From assembly GCA_051294375.1 (NCBI GenBank), contig CM119263.1, positions 28,681,280-28,745,279 on the forward strand: DNA of 64,000 bases. The letters are read 5' to 3'. Of this stretch, positions 14,201 to 25,727 are shown piece after piece. The translations under genes were made by a program, and so were the position numbers. Source of the DNA: Paraspadella gotoi. Its lineage: Eukaryota; Animalia; Chaetognatha. The first letter of the stretch is position 1. Each line of letters starts with the position of its first letter. The notes beneath the pieces are model-generated. The model was not told the DNA's origin. It did no database searches and saw nothing but the letters and a program-made list of their open reading frames with translations.

Positions 14201-16130
14201 AATATTTAAAGGATTCAATGTTATACTTTGCTTCACTAGTTAAAAAAGTAATAGTAAATATTGATTAAGCATATAATGGACAAATGAATTTTATAAAACC
14301 GATTACAGAACTACTAATGATAAAAAGTGATCAATTTTGGTCCGCCTTAATAGTTAGTTTTAATCAAAGTCAAATAATATTTAATTAAACAGGACGGTAA
14401 AACATTCTCAAAACGAGCAAATAAAGCGACAAAATCGTGCACTATAAACCGGGCACTTCAAATTGTTAACGAAGGATAATCGCCGAAAGAAAAGAAATTT
14501 AATAGCGTTGGTTGTCTCGGTATGCAGGGGCTTCAAATTGGACCGATACAAAAAGACTTGATAAAACTCGTAATTATTTTACTGTATATTATTTTAAAAA
14601 CATTTATTGGTTAGAAAACTACTTGACGTTTATGTCGACCTAAAAAATGTTCAAATTTCCTAATAGTATAATCACAGTGGCTCTCAAGCGCAGTCACTTT
14701 TCTTCATTTTTTCGTCCAAATTTTAATAATTTTCAACAATTTAAAATTTGTAATGCTGATTGTGAAGTTTTCTATTATATTTATAATAAAAAGTCAGTTT
14801 GGTGATTTGTTATTTTAAAAAAAATTCTTATATAAAACCTAACTTATTTACTATGGTAACTATTATTTATCAATAAAGTTGTCTTTCATAATTTTTTTCC
14901 CCCCAAAGCAAAATTTTTTTTTAATAGAATTTAAAGTGAAAACTTGATGATTTTTATTAAGTATTATTCATATTATAAAAAATATTTTGATTCTGGCTTG
15001 TGATATATTAACTACAGTACCTTATTAATCATAAAAATGAAGCATGAAAAAAAATTTAATTGTTTTAATGGGAACTGAAGGATTGATAGTTAGATCAACT
15101 TTCAAAGTAAAAATTTCTAAATAAAAAATGTTTCTTCAGAAATTTACCCTCTGAGAAAAATGTTTATAACTTAGCAACTATCCTAGCTTGACTGTACAAA
15201 ATTGGTAGGCAAAAAAGTCAATATTTTTTTATTAGTATGAAAAAATTTTATAACCCGAATTACTCTTCGTTTTGATTATATTTACAAGTCCTTTTCATAT
15301 CAGTCCATATTTAGACCCTGTAGCTATAAAATCCGACTCACCGCTCCTTAAGATAATTGACTAATTTTTGAGGTAGAAATGAATGTTACATACGATTTTT
15401 ATTATGGAAAAAACATAAATTTCGGACATGGTTTCAGCTTTAATGAAGAGCCTTCATCAGGCGCAAATATTGTGGTTACATGTATTGTCGCAGCCACTGT
15501 TTGTTTTTTTCGGTCCCGGAACAGGGGAAGACGTTAAAAACCGAATGCGACGCAAAACCAGTTTGTTTTTGGTAGTTCACGTTAATCTTTTAATTTAAAG
15601 GGGTATCGGCGAGTAAAACCGGGCAGGAGGGAGCGGAGAGAGAGAAAGGGGCGTGACGAGAGAGACGTACTGTCGTCGGTCAATGCTTAAACTTTTAGCT
15701 TAATGCTAAAGCTATAACTAAAGCTAAACTCTAAAGCTAAAGGCGCCGTGAGTAAGAACCGAATTTTCGATTTTATGATTTAAAAAATTTTTCATATGAA
15801 CTTTTTTTTCCCAAGACCTAATCTTTTTGCCCTATTTAAACTAATATAAATATGAATTTTCATGCTAATATGTTGGGAATTTTAAGAAATGATGCTGTTA
15901 AAATGAATAAGAAAACATCTAAGTATTCTTCTCTGATTTCAAATTTTTAATTTCATGAACTCTCATAACTTCTAGAATAATCTTGAAACTTGAAACTAAT
16001 TTAAAAAAAAAAGAAATGGGCGAAGCGAATTAACAAACAAACAATTTTTAAACTTAAACAACTTTTGTGTAATTTTTATTTTGAAAGTCAAAATAAATGA
16101 ATTGAAACATTATCTATATATATATATATA

Positions 16131-16163
<33 letters not shown>

Positions 16164-16395
16164 GACTCATATTGACAATACCCGCAACGCTAATTCCTTC
16201 TAAATTCAACTAAATTTCATCTAAATTCTTTCTAAATTCTAAACTAAATTCTTTCCTTCTAAATTCAAGATTTTCGCTCGCGATTTTAATCCGAGTATTT
16301 TGTTTATAATATCTTCAGATTCTTCACCACAGGATTCTGTTTCTCTTTTTATTTATTTATTTGTTTTTTCTGTTCGCTTGGCATTTGCGTGGTAG

Positions 16396-16438
<43 letters not shown>

Positions 16439-18013
16439 TGTTTCTGTTTAGAATCAATCAGAGAAAAAGATTGGAGTCATTCCTGTCCTCCTCATTTTTC
16501 TCCGCCTCTGTTTTGTCATAGAGAAAGAAGGAGAAAAAGAAATAGAAGAAAAATGAGAAGGAGATAAAGAAAAAAAAAGAAACAGAAAAATAGAAAGAGA
16601 AAAAGAAAGTAAAAAATAAGGAGACAGACGATGTAAATGAAGCGGAAGTAGTAGTAGTAGAAAAATATTAATATAAAAAAATATACAGGAAAGTAAAATA
16701 AGTAAAAATACATAAGCAAAAAAAAATAAAACCGCGGGAGATTTTTATAGCAGACGACAAAACAAGCCTATAGAGGAACTCTCGCATAAGATAGATCACG
16801 CGACGTTTCGTCGGGTCAGATCGATAATCCGATGACCCCCTAAGATGACCCCTCACGTCGTCCAGAATCCACACCGACCCACAATCCTCTTTCCCACTCC
16901 CCACAACCCCCCCGTCCCCGACCACAGCGTGGGCGACATCCGGGACATCGTCATCCGCGAGTTGGAATTTTGGTCGACGTCGGCGGCGAAGGATCACAAC
17001 ATCTCCGTCGAGTGGGAAGACGGATTGAAGGAATCGCTCGTCGGGGTAAAAGGGGGGGGAGCGAAGTGGAGGTGTCAGGGTTGGGGTCGAGGACGGCCAC
17101 AAAGAGTGGGAGCGGGTAAGGGAAGGTAAGGTAATTGGGAAAATGACTAGGATTGAACCTTTGGGAATGCGGTGTGTCTAGTGCCTTTATATTTTTACAT
17201 TTACACTTTTTTTCTTTTCTCTTTCTTATCTCCTTCTTCTATNNNNNNNNNNNNNNNNNNNNNNNNNNNNNNNNNNNNNNNNNNNNNNNNNNNNNNNNNN
17301 NNNNNNNNNNNNNNNNNNNNNNNNNNNNNNNNNNNNNNNNNNNNNNNNNNNNNNNNNNNNNNNNNNNNNNNNNNNNNNNNNNNNNNNNNNNNNNNNNNNN
17401 NNNNNNNNNNNNNNNNNNNNNNNNNNNNNNNNNNNNNNNNNNNNNNNNNNNNNNNNNNNNNNNNNNNNNNNNNNNNNNNNNNNNNNNNNNNNNNNNNNNN
17501 NNNNNNNNNNNNNNNNNNNNNNNNNNNNNNNNNNNNNNNNNNNNNNNNNNNNNNNNNNNNNNNNNNNNNNNNNNNNNNNNNNNNNNNNNNNNNNNNNNNN
17601 NNNNNNNNNNNNNNNNNNNNNNNNNNNNNNNNNNNNNNNNNNNNNNNNNNNNNNNNNNNNNNNNNNNNNNNNNNNNNNNNNNNNNNNNNNNNNNNNNNNN
17701 NNNNNNNNNNNNNNNNNNNNNNNNNNNNNNNNNNNNNNNNNNNNNNNNNNNNNNNNNNNNNNNNNNNNNNNNNNNNNNNNNNNNNNNNNNNNNNNNNNNN
17801 NNNNNNNNNNNNNNNNNNNNNNNNNNNNNNNNNNNNNNNNNNNNNNNNNNNNNNNNNNNNNNNNNNNNNNNNNNNNNNNNNNNNNNNNNNNNNNNNNNNN
17901 NNNNNNNNNNNNNGCTTGAGGCCAACGTTTATGGCCAACGCATGAGGCCAAAAATGAGAAAACAGTTTCATGCGCTATCGTCGACAATAATGCCGAATAA
18001 AATCGAAATTTAA
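448..18013 (+). CDS. CLPB: Mitochondrial disaggregase CLPB/Skd3-like (ankyrin repeats + AAA+), multi-exon; some exons lie in gaps
   Basis: Exons read by hand: 448-824 (N-terminal, Q/P-rich), 2248-2354 (NCVHDFGWKPLHVAAANGNLK, ankyrin), 3764-3822 (AVKELLDRNADVDARDEF), ~4100-4210 (LRTREAEFSDKIDSN), ~4645-4695 (RGCDVDAASDAGTTPL), 7182-7292 (HPFVILFLGPSGVGKTEMAKE, Walker A), 7381-7446 (FVRLDMSEYQ), 7564-7603 (VSKLIGAPP), 8473-8564 (GYVGH...VVLLDE, pore loop and Walker B), 8841-8916 ([23 protein letters not shown]), 9827-9963 (CKNAIFIMTSN, sensor 1), 11070-11150 (IRPLLKKH..., frameshifted by probable errors), 16928-17045 (IVIRELEFWSTSAAKDHNISVEW). Motif order is collinear with human CLPB. The start codon and exact stop are uncertain. 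Confidence 0.93.
1679..2224. repeat. (GAT)n/(GAC)n microsatellite cluster, representative of many GA, GAC, GAAA and GGAAA tracts in the window
   Basis: Seen directly. Similar tracts at 8667-8762, 10150-10430, 22680-22900, 47007-47110, 55265-55335 and 60655-60732. Confidence 0.95.
3287..3520. repeat. 33-bp intronic minisatellite, ~7 copies
   Basis: Unit actcttgtcattagtgtagcaattgatgatagg. Confidence 0.9.
5088..5133. repeat. 8-bp tandem repeat (aatgaact)n
   Basis: About 5-6 direct copies. Confidence 0.85.
7898..8190. repeat. Self-complementary aaggtca/tgacctt minisatellite
   Basis: Alternating tcaaaggtca and tgaccttcaa motifs, with a ~70-bp higher-order unit repeated twice (about 8022-8170). 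Confidence 0.75.
11613..13814 (-). CDS. Nested type II membrane O-fucosyltransferase-like (GT-B fold) glycosyltransferase
   Basis: ATG at 13814 gives MKFTASAIIGRPLIVILSCFLFGLFFLFASQRNF (signal anchor, donor at 13711). Next is an AQVKP/ST repeat stem, then GWGGPAGFNNRILLLQQCLQDARNL (~13220-13325), FNLVVP..HIQ...LRWDDYL (~12985-13108) and a large last exon (~12500-11613) with FLLFQYRSGDY, PVVIMTNES and EQFLAEMALAGESRKSFMNFASTVWSFV. These match the order of O-FucT motifs (GxNN, LVxP, HxRxGD, xxxATD, DQ..FxGxxxSTFS). Several frameshifts are present, probably assembly errors. Confidence 0.65.
12700..12840 (+). repeat. Degenerate TTAGG/TTAGGG-like tract in an intron
   Basis: Repeated ttagg, ttaggg and gttaag variants; flanks carry short inverted ends ttttttcca / tggaaaaaa. 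Confidence 0.55.
13370..13650 (-). repeat. 18-bp coding tandem repeat (AQVKPI/AQVKST stem region)
   Basis: Repeated gacttgagcgatcggttt on the + strand, translating to hexapeptide repeats between the signal anchor and the catalytic domain. Confidence 0.75.
13897..13903 (-). promoter_or_regulatory. TATA box of the nested glycosyltransferase gene
   Basis: CTATAAAAG on the - strand, about 85 nt upstream of the ATG at 13814. Confidence 0.5.
13933..14090 (+). mobile_element. tRNA-derived SINE-like element or tRNA pseudogene
   Basis: 13933-14000 has a 7-bp acceptor stem gcggcca/tggtcgc, an A-box-like TGGTGCAGG and a T-arm ccggg-gttctag-cccgg, but no proper anticodon stem. It is followed by the hairpin ctgtaaca-cga-tgttacag and a tcactaactcactc tail. 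Confidence 0.55.
15416..15470 (-). ncRNA. Candidate minimal type I hammerhead ribozyme (Penelope-like/retrozyme type), possibly degenerate
   Basis: The - strand reads CUGAUGA-A-GGCU(cuucauuaa)AGCU-GAAA-CCAUG-UC: catalytic boxes in the right order, a 4-bp stem II and a minimal stem III. Stem I pairing is poor. Confidence 0.45.
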
Positions 18014-18099
18014 ACAAATACGCGTGATTCGATAATACTACGTAAATATATTCACAAACCTGATCCAGTTTAAAATCACCGCACAAGAGAGAGAGATTG

Positions 18100-21000
18100 A
18101 ATATGAAAATGAATTTTAATAGACGCGCGAAATACCTTCTTCGGTCTTTGATATTCATATGTTAGCATAGTGCATTTTTTCATTTTTGCATATCAGTCCA
18201 TATTTAATGACCCTCTGTACTGGTATAAGAGAAATTTCGCGACTGGACTGACACCGCCTGTGGCTGCCCTTAAGGTATAATTCACCACAGTAATATTTTG
18301 AGTTAAGGAGAAATAATGAAGTTGCTTGTTTCACTAGACGATAGAATTTTTTATTTATAAAACTTAAATGATTTCGACATGTATCAGTACTTTAAAAAAA
18401 AATGAATATGCGTCTCAATGACGTAGCGCAGAAGATAAACGTATTTGAGATTTTAAGCCGCTTCAAAAGTGTGGTTTTAACGATGTATTAATTGTCGTGG
18501 CAGGAATGGGCTCAGACTATGTTGTTTTTTTTTTTTGTCTTGCCGTGATACATGGGAAGACGATAAAAACGAGATGCGACGAGCAGAAAAACCAGTTTGT
18601 TTTGAAGTAGGATTATCTACGTTATTGCTCTTTAAATATTAAAGGGTGTATGTCGGAGCGAGTTAAAGAACCGAGGCAGGAGGGAGAGGATAGAGAGAAA
18701 GGGGCGTGAGAGGGAGGAAAGCGTAACTGTCGTCGAGTGCGTAATGCTTAAATAACTATTAAGCTAAAGGCTAAAAGTCGCTAAACTAAAAAGCATTATA
18801 TAAACTTTAAGCTAAAGAGCGGGCCGTGAGGGTAAGAACCGGGCATGTGTAAGTTGGTTTGCGATTTTAATGGATGTACCAAATGTTTCAGTGATTTATG
18901 AATTGCTTTTGTTTTTCCCTTAAGGACCTAGATCTTTGTTGGCCGCTAGTAACTAATTATAAAATATGGAAGTTACATAGCTAAATTGATAGATAATAAT
19001 TGTTAGACAAATAATTCTTAGAAACCTCTTGAAAACTAATTTAAAAAAAAAGGAAGAATGAGGGCGGCTGAAAGCGAATTTAACGACAAGCATGAAACAA
19101 TTTGTTAATATATTAAACTAAACAACTTGTTGGGTAGATTTATTTATGAATTTTGAAAGTCAAGTAAATGAAACTTGAAGACATTATCTCTATATGTAGT
19201 CATAGTGTTGATCTCTCTCTCCGTCTTTTCGGCGTCTCTCAGTCATCGTCGTCTCTGGTCTGATACTCAATGAGTTGAGACGAATTACCTGCCGCAACGC
19301 TAATACCTCAGCTTCTAAAGTTCAACTAAATTTCTATAGCTAAACTTCTTGTCTTCTAAATTCCTAAACCCTCTAAGTATGATTGCTTGTCCCTCTAACA
19401 ATTCCAAGAATTTGTTCGTGCTATGCTGCAGTTGCGCGATTTTAAATGCCGAGTAAACTTTTTGGTTTATTAGATATTCTTGCAGATTCTCTTATGTCAG
19501 CCATCATATGGATTCTGTTTTTCTCATTTTTATTTAATTTATTTATGTTGTTTTGTGGTTATCATGTTCGCACTTGGCATGTTGCGGTGGTAAGCCGTCG
19601 TCACGTCGTCGTCGTCGTTCGTCGTCGTTAGCGTCGCGTGACGATCGTCGCTCGTCGTCGTCTGTTTCTTGGTGTTAGAATCCAATACGAAAGAAAAACG
19701 GATTTTGGATGGGTCAGTTCCTGGCGTAGTACCTGCTGCCGTACTATCGATTTTTCCTCTGGGTGCTCGTGTTTTGTCAATTATAGAGGATGAAGAAGGA
19801 GAGAAAAAAGAAAAGATAGAAAAAAATGAGAAGGAGAATATGAAGAAAAAAAGACACAGGAAAAACTGTGAGAAGAGAAGAAACAAGAAAGTAAAAAATA
19901 AGGAGCACAGAGAGCGATGTATGAATGAAAGGCGGGAAAGGTAGTAAAGTAGTTTAGAAGGATAAAGTATTGTGTAATATAAATAAAGATATCGATAGCA
20001 GGAAAAGGTTTAAAATAGAGTTATAGAAATACATAAGCAAAATAAAAGAAAGAATTAAACCGCCGGAGATTTTTTAATAGCAGAGTGCGCGAAAAACCAA
20101 GCCTATGAGAGGAGAACTCTTCAGCATGAAGATAGGAGTCACGCGCGAGTTTTCGTCGGTCAGATTCGTGAGCTTAATCTGTCGCGAATTGACGGAATCG
20201 GCCGAGAGGTCCGTAAGTAGATGAGCGGTCTCCAATCACCGTCTGCGCACTGCAATCCACGGTAGCCGGACGCACGCACCAATCGGACTCTTCATCTTGT
20301 CCACACGCAGTCTTAGTGCTGAACACCAAAGCACCTCGCGTTTCGGCATCCTCTTGATCCGTGCCGTCGACACCAGGCCTGCAGAGAGCATGGCTACAGA
20401 CGTGGGCGACATCTTCGGAGGGAACACTCTTATCAATTTCGTCGAGTCGGACACGCGTTGTATGTGAGTTGTGGATCGAGAGTGTTGTGGTTTCTGGGTT
20501 CGCGACGTTCGGGCGGGCGAAGTATCGATCAAAGACCATCATCCAGGTCGTAGATGGATGAAGTAGGACGACGGATTGTAGGAATTGCGCTGTCGTGTCG
20601 GGGGTATAAGGGAATGTGGGGTCGAAGTGGAGGTGATTATTGAGGGTGGTGTGTGGGGTTCGGAGGATCGGCCACAAATGGCAGTGGGAGCGCGGTAAGG
20701 GAACGAGTAACAGGTAATTAGGTGCAAAAGCGCATGACTGTAGGAATTGAACACTTTAGGAATGGGCGGTGTGTCTTAGTGCTATGTTAATATTTTGTGT
20801 AACATTTGACGAACTTTTTTTGCTTTTTTCCGCTCTTTTCTTTTATCGTCCTTCTTACTATCGGTCTCTGTTCTACATCCTTCTATTCTCTATCTGTCTT
20901 GCTTTTTTTAACTTCGCCTCCGAACAAGATTCTTACCCTTACCTTGTTCATTTTCTTCGCTCTCCTTCATCTCGTATATATCCCTTTTCCAGATCGAAAC

Positions 21001-22330
21001 TCAATTCTTCACGCCAAGACCTTTAACGTCGTCCCTCTCATTTGATTATTCAAGTTGATTTGCATTGTATTCGGTCATCGTCATCTCTCGTCATTCCTGC
21101 TCGCAGTTCGTCTCGGTGATCGTCGTCCGTCTCTGCGTGTCACGCTGTCTCCTCTCATGCTCCAGTCAGGTGTCGATATCTCATTCTCTCAGGAGACTCC
21201 TACTCTCTCGTCTCGTCTCTATCGAGCTGCATGCGGCTCTCAGCTCGAGAAGTCCGGCTCTTCTGGTTTTGCTCGATCTCTCTCTCATCTTCACGATCCT
21301 CGTCACATCTCTCCTCTCACTATCTCATCCTGTCTCTTCTGTTCCTTGTCTTCTTCTTTCTTTACGGAATTTTGATTTCCTACCTTGACGCCACATCCCT
21401 CCTCTGGTCGCTCTCCACTCCTGGCTATCCGTATATTCCCTCGTCGCTCTTGTCCTCTACAGCATTTTCGTCTCCTCCTTCGCTCTCCTTTCTGTTTTTC
21501 CTTCTCCCCGACGCGCCCCTTTCCTCCCCGCCGAAGACCTTCAAAGGCCAGCGCGACTGACGGCGTCTCGGGATACCGTTGCTCGCGCTCGCCCCATCGA
21601 ACGCGGTACGTCCAACGAGATTGCGCGCGTGCGCCAAGGAGTCGCGCGTACTCCAATCCGGAAGGAGTCGCGCGTGGCGGGGCGGGACTGGGAACCGTGT
21701 GACGGTGGAGGGTGGTGATTTGAAGGTGGGGTTGTTGGTGGGTGGTGATCTAAACTGATAATGATGATGATAAAGAGTTCGTTGATGATTGAAATATGCT
21801 GAGTGCTGCCGTGCGGACGATCAACAACAAACAAATCGACAAAGTCAGACGTGACAGATGCAACAGCTGACAGGATGCAGTGGGCAAACAGTGACATTTG
21901 AGACCAGGCCAAGGGGTTCAGGCTTGCCCTAGGATAGTTGAACGTGCTGATGAATAACTGATGATGGATGGATTCGATAAAGTTGATGTGTGTTCTCTGG
22001 CAGCACGATGGATGAAGAAAAAGACGTCGAATAAGACGAGGAAAAGGAAAGGTGCGGAAGGTGGCCAACGCTTGAGGCCAACGTTTATGGGCCAACGTTG
22101 TATGACTAACGCTGAGGCCAAACGTTTTATGGCAACATGCACTGAGGAGGCGAACCGAGCCGAAAAAGCATGAAGGAAAAGCAGTTGTGCATAGCCGCTT
22201 ATCGGGTCGACAACTATATTGCCAGATAAAAAGATGCGCAATTATAAAACCAGAATACGAGCGTGATATCGATAATCTTAACGTAAAGTTATTCTTCACA
22301 TAATCCTGATCACAGGTTTAGAAATCACGC
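18100..22330 (+). other. Error-rich duplicate of ~15235-18085 (probable raw long-read gap fill); preserves the CLPB exon hidden in gap 17243-17913
   Basis: Collinear landmarks (catatcagtccatattta; cgtgggcgacatc) inflated by scattered insertions. 21550-21700 gives a noisy Y-G-A-R-P-I-E-R-Y-V-Q-R matching the CLPB sensor-2 region. Confidence 0.85.
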
Positions 22331-22475
22331 AGGCATCAATTGTGCGCTTCAAGACGAGTTATTCGTAGCCAAGGGTGCCCTGTTTCCCCGCACTGGCGCA
22401 TATGACCGNNNNNNNNNNNNNNNNNNNNNNNNNAGACCCCCCCTATCCCTCCCCCCCTCATGGGGATAATTTCAC

Positions 22476-24439
22476 TCACTGCGCCATGAGATCGAGTCTG
22501 GCCTCGAGCAGCGCCTGCGTCCCTTTCGCCACGCCCAATTCCGGCGAGGCGGGGAAGGCGGCGTCCGATCCGGCGCGGATCCCCGCCGCCTTTCGAGCGC
22601 CGCGGGGCGAACGCAGCGCAGCGCGGGAGGAGCCGGGTTGCGGTGCTGGGAGAAAGAGGGACGGGGGGGGATGGAGAAAGGAGGAAAGGGAAGGAAAGGA
22701 ATGGGAAGGAGAGGAAAGGAAAGGAGAGGAAAGGAGAGGAAAAGAAAGGAAAGGAAAGGAAAGGAAAGGAAAGGAAAGGAAAGGAAAGGGGGAAAAAAGG
22801 AAAGGAAAGGAAGGGAAAGAAAGGAAAGGAAAGGAAAGGAAAGGAAAGGAAAGGAAAGGAGAGGAAAGGAAAGAAAATGAAAGGAAAGGAAGGGAAAGGA
22901 AAAGAAGTTGGAAGAGAAGGAGTAAGAGCAAGGGAAGGAGGAAAAAAATAAAGATGTTTGTTCATGAATAAAAACTAAACTGAACTAAAACAAAAAACTA
23001 AACTAAACTAAACTAAACTGAACAATAAAAGAAAATGGAAACTCACCACCGGCTTTGGAATGGAAGACGACTTGCTTGTGATACAGCGTCGGCGTCCTCA
23101 CTTCGGAATAACACGGCGGCGCCGACTCTGAAGAGTCGCCCCTCTGCACTCGCGGCGGATGTCGGGCGCCGGCCGGCCCCGTGGCGGCGCCGAGTGCCAG
23201 ACCGGGCGCCAGACCGGACGCCAAGCCAGGCGCCAAGCCGGGTGCCAGGCCGTGCGGAGCGCCGGCGCCGGCGGCGTCGAATGGCCGACGATTCGGCGTC
23301 GAGAAGGAACTCGCAATATGATGGAGTTGGGTTTGGCTGGAGTCGAAGGCTGGAGAAGGGAGAAAGTCAAGATGGGGGTGAATGAGAATAGTACTGCACT
23401 TTTATTATTTTATTCAATTTTTTTTTAAATGTTTATTTAAAACAAAACTTTTTCATTAATTTTCTCATCGGTTTTTTCCCCCCCAAGTTTTTCTTTACTC
23501 ATTTCCATCTCAGTTTAAATCTTACTTTTTTGCTTTTAATTTTTTTTACTTTCTCTCCTTTTTCCTTTTTTTTCTCACATTGCTCTTTTCTCTACTGTAT
23601 CTTCTTTCCTTTCCTTTCCTTTCCTACTCCTTTCCTCCTTTATCTCTTTTCTTTCCTTTCCTCCTTTCCTCCACTTCCTCCATTTACCCTCTCCGGGGTC
23701 TCCTCCGGTGAGGATTCCAGGGACGGTCAGGCTCTGCGCCCTCTGGTGTCGGGGTCCGTCGAACCCGGGTCGCGGACGGGTCACGCCCCAAGGTCGTTGC
23801 GCCTCGGGGGTGGGGCAGGGACAGGTCTAGGAAAGGGGGGGATGAGAGAATAAAAGGAAAAGGGATGAAGGCGTGAAAGGTAAGTGTGAGGGTAAGTGGC
23901 GACGAAGAGGATAAAAACAAACAATCGGTAAAGGATTAGAAAGGNNNNNNNNNNNNNNNNNNNNNNNNNNNNNNNNNNNNNNNNNNNNNNNNNNNNNNNN
24001 NNNNNNNNNNNNNNNNNNNNNNNNNNNNNNNNNNNNNNNNNNNNNNNNNNNNNNNNNNNNNNNNNNNNNNNNNNNNNNNNNNNNNNNNNNNNNNNNNNNN
24101 NNNNNNNNNNNNNNNNNNNNNNNNNNNNNNNNNNNNNNNNNNNNNNNNNNNNACAATGCAAAATAATATCGCAAATCTTGCAAAATATTTTCAAAATCAA
24201 CCTGATCCATCCCTGACCCTGAACCTCACCTTGCAAGTTAAAGACGCTAGAGCGGCGTTGCTTCCGGATTCGATCACATTTCCGGCGCCGTCAAGTGAGT
24301 CTCGCATCTGGATTAAAAAGTGGAAATAATCTATTTAATAATTTATTTCATTAATTATTATTATTATTATAAATTTTATGATTCACTCAGTTGTTCTCCT
24401 TTTTTTATTTAGAAGATTCCCTCTGTTTATTCTGCGCAC

Positions 24440-24534
<95 letters not shown>

Positions 24535-25248
24535 TCTCCATTTTCTCCACTAAAAAATACAAAAACTCAAGACCAGACGAGTCTTTGTGTCTTGTTCTCT
24601 TTTATGTAAGGCAATTCATAAAAGAGGAACAAAGCGTTCATTGTTAGAGATTGCACCTCGCACCAGCGCATCGACTATTAACACTATTAGGCATTATTTT
24701 ATATTAGCACTGCGCCTGCAATTGTGCAGCAAATATGCAAATTATTTTACCGACTTAATTTTTAATGTCCTTATTTTCTAAAATGTTACAGCAGGACGTC
24801 TGAGAATGTTGTTTTACACAAGTAGTTATTACGCTATTTCTTTGAATTGAAACCTCAAACACCAGGCCATTGCGAGTAGCCAGGCATCCCGGCACCCTAC
24901 CTTTGAACAGCAGCGCCGTGCGGCGGGCATCTCTGAGTCGATGCCAGCTGGCCCGCCTGATTCCTTTAGCGGCGGTGGACGGAACGTTGGCGGAGGCGAT
25001 TCTTCGACGGAGCTCTGCCTCTTTCAAATCCTGTTCGCGGTGCCGCCGGCCGGGGCGCCAGGCCCCCGGCGCCGGCCCAGGGCGCCGCGGCGAGGATTGC
25101 ATACAATGGCGCGCGTCCGTCCATCGTCGTCGTCGTCATCGTCGTCCGTCGTCGCCCGTCTTCCTCCTCCTCTCGTCCTCTTCGTCTGTGGTCCGCCCCT
25201 GGGATTTAAAGGGGATGGAATTATGAGAGAGATAGAGGGAGAAGAGAT

Positions 25249-25279
<31 letters not shown>

Positions 25280-25389
25280 CAGAGGAGAGAGAGAGAGAAG
25301 ACGAGAGAGAGTCACCTGAATTGAGATTGGCCGTTCCGTCACTGACATCGTTGACTTTTCCAATCTGATCCTCATCTTCGCACCTTGAC
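22476..25389 (-). CDS. KCNH2: ERG channel distal C-terminal exons
   Basis: GC-rich AG/GT-bounded blocks at about 25389-25316, 25198-24901 (acidic run), 24717-24657, 24308-24230, 23827-23688 (RAQSLTVP), 23311-23048 (GLAP repeats) and 22645-22480. The last ends in ALLEARLDLMAQ, similar to the hERG coiled-coil start VESRLDALQ. They continue collinearly from the duplicated ERG exons at 25730-32470. Reading frames are disturbed by errors. Confidence 0.7.
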
Positions 25390-25727
25390 CTGAATCGATT
25401 GATTGGTTGTTTGTTTGATTGATTGTTTTGGTTGTTTTAATACGAATTATTAATCAGGAATTATAGAGTTTTCTCGATTTATTTACATATTCTAAGAAAA
25501 ATAAATATTTTCCTTTTCAACATCGCTGCATTTTAAGTTTTACACAACTCAAACGTTCGTCATTTGCATATTTTGCAAAAAATATCCAGGTTTCCGAAAA
25601 TACCGTTAACTGAAAACTAAATGCTAAAACATGACGCTTTACATAAGCGTTAAGAGAGAGAAAGAGATAAACTCTCTGAGACAAGAGAAACGAGGTGAGG
25701 GTGGAGACGCTAGAAGGTTAAGTGGCG

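Noticed and set aside
17153-18158. Long ORFs of 228-310 aa
   Set aside because: They read through N gaps. The same applies to ORFs spanning the gaps at 3851, 4464, 5730, 6453 and 23945.
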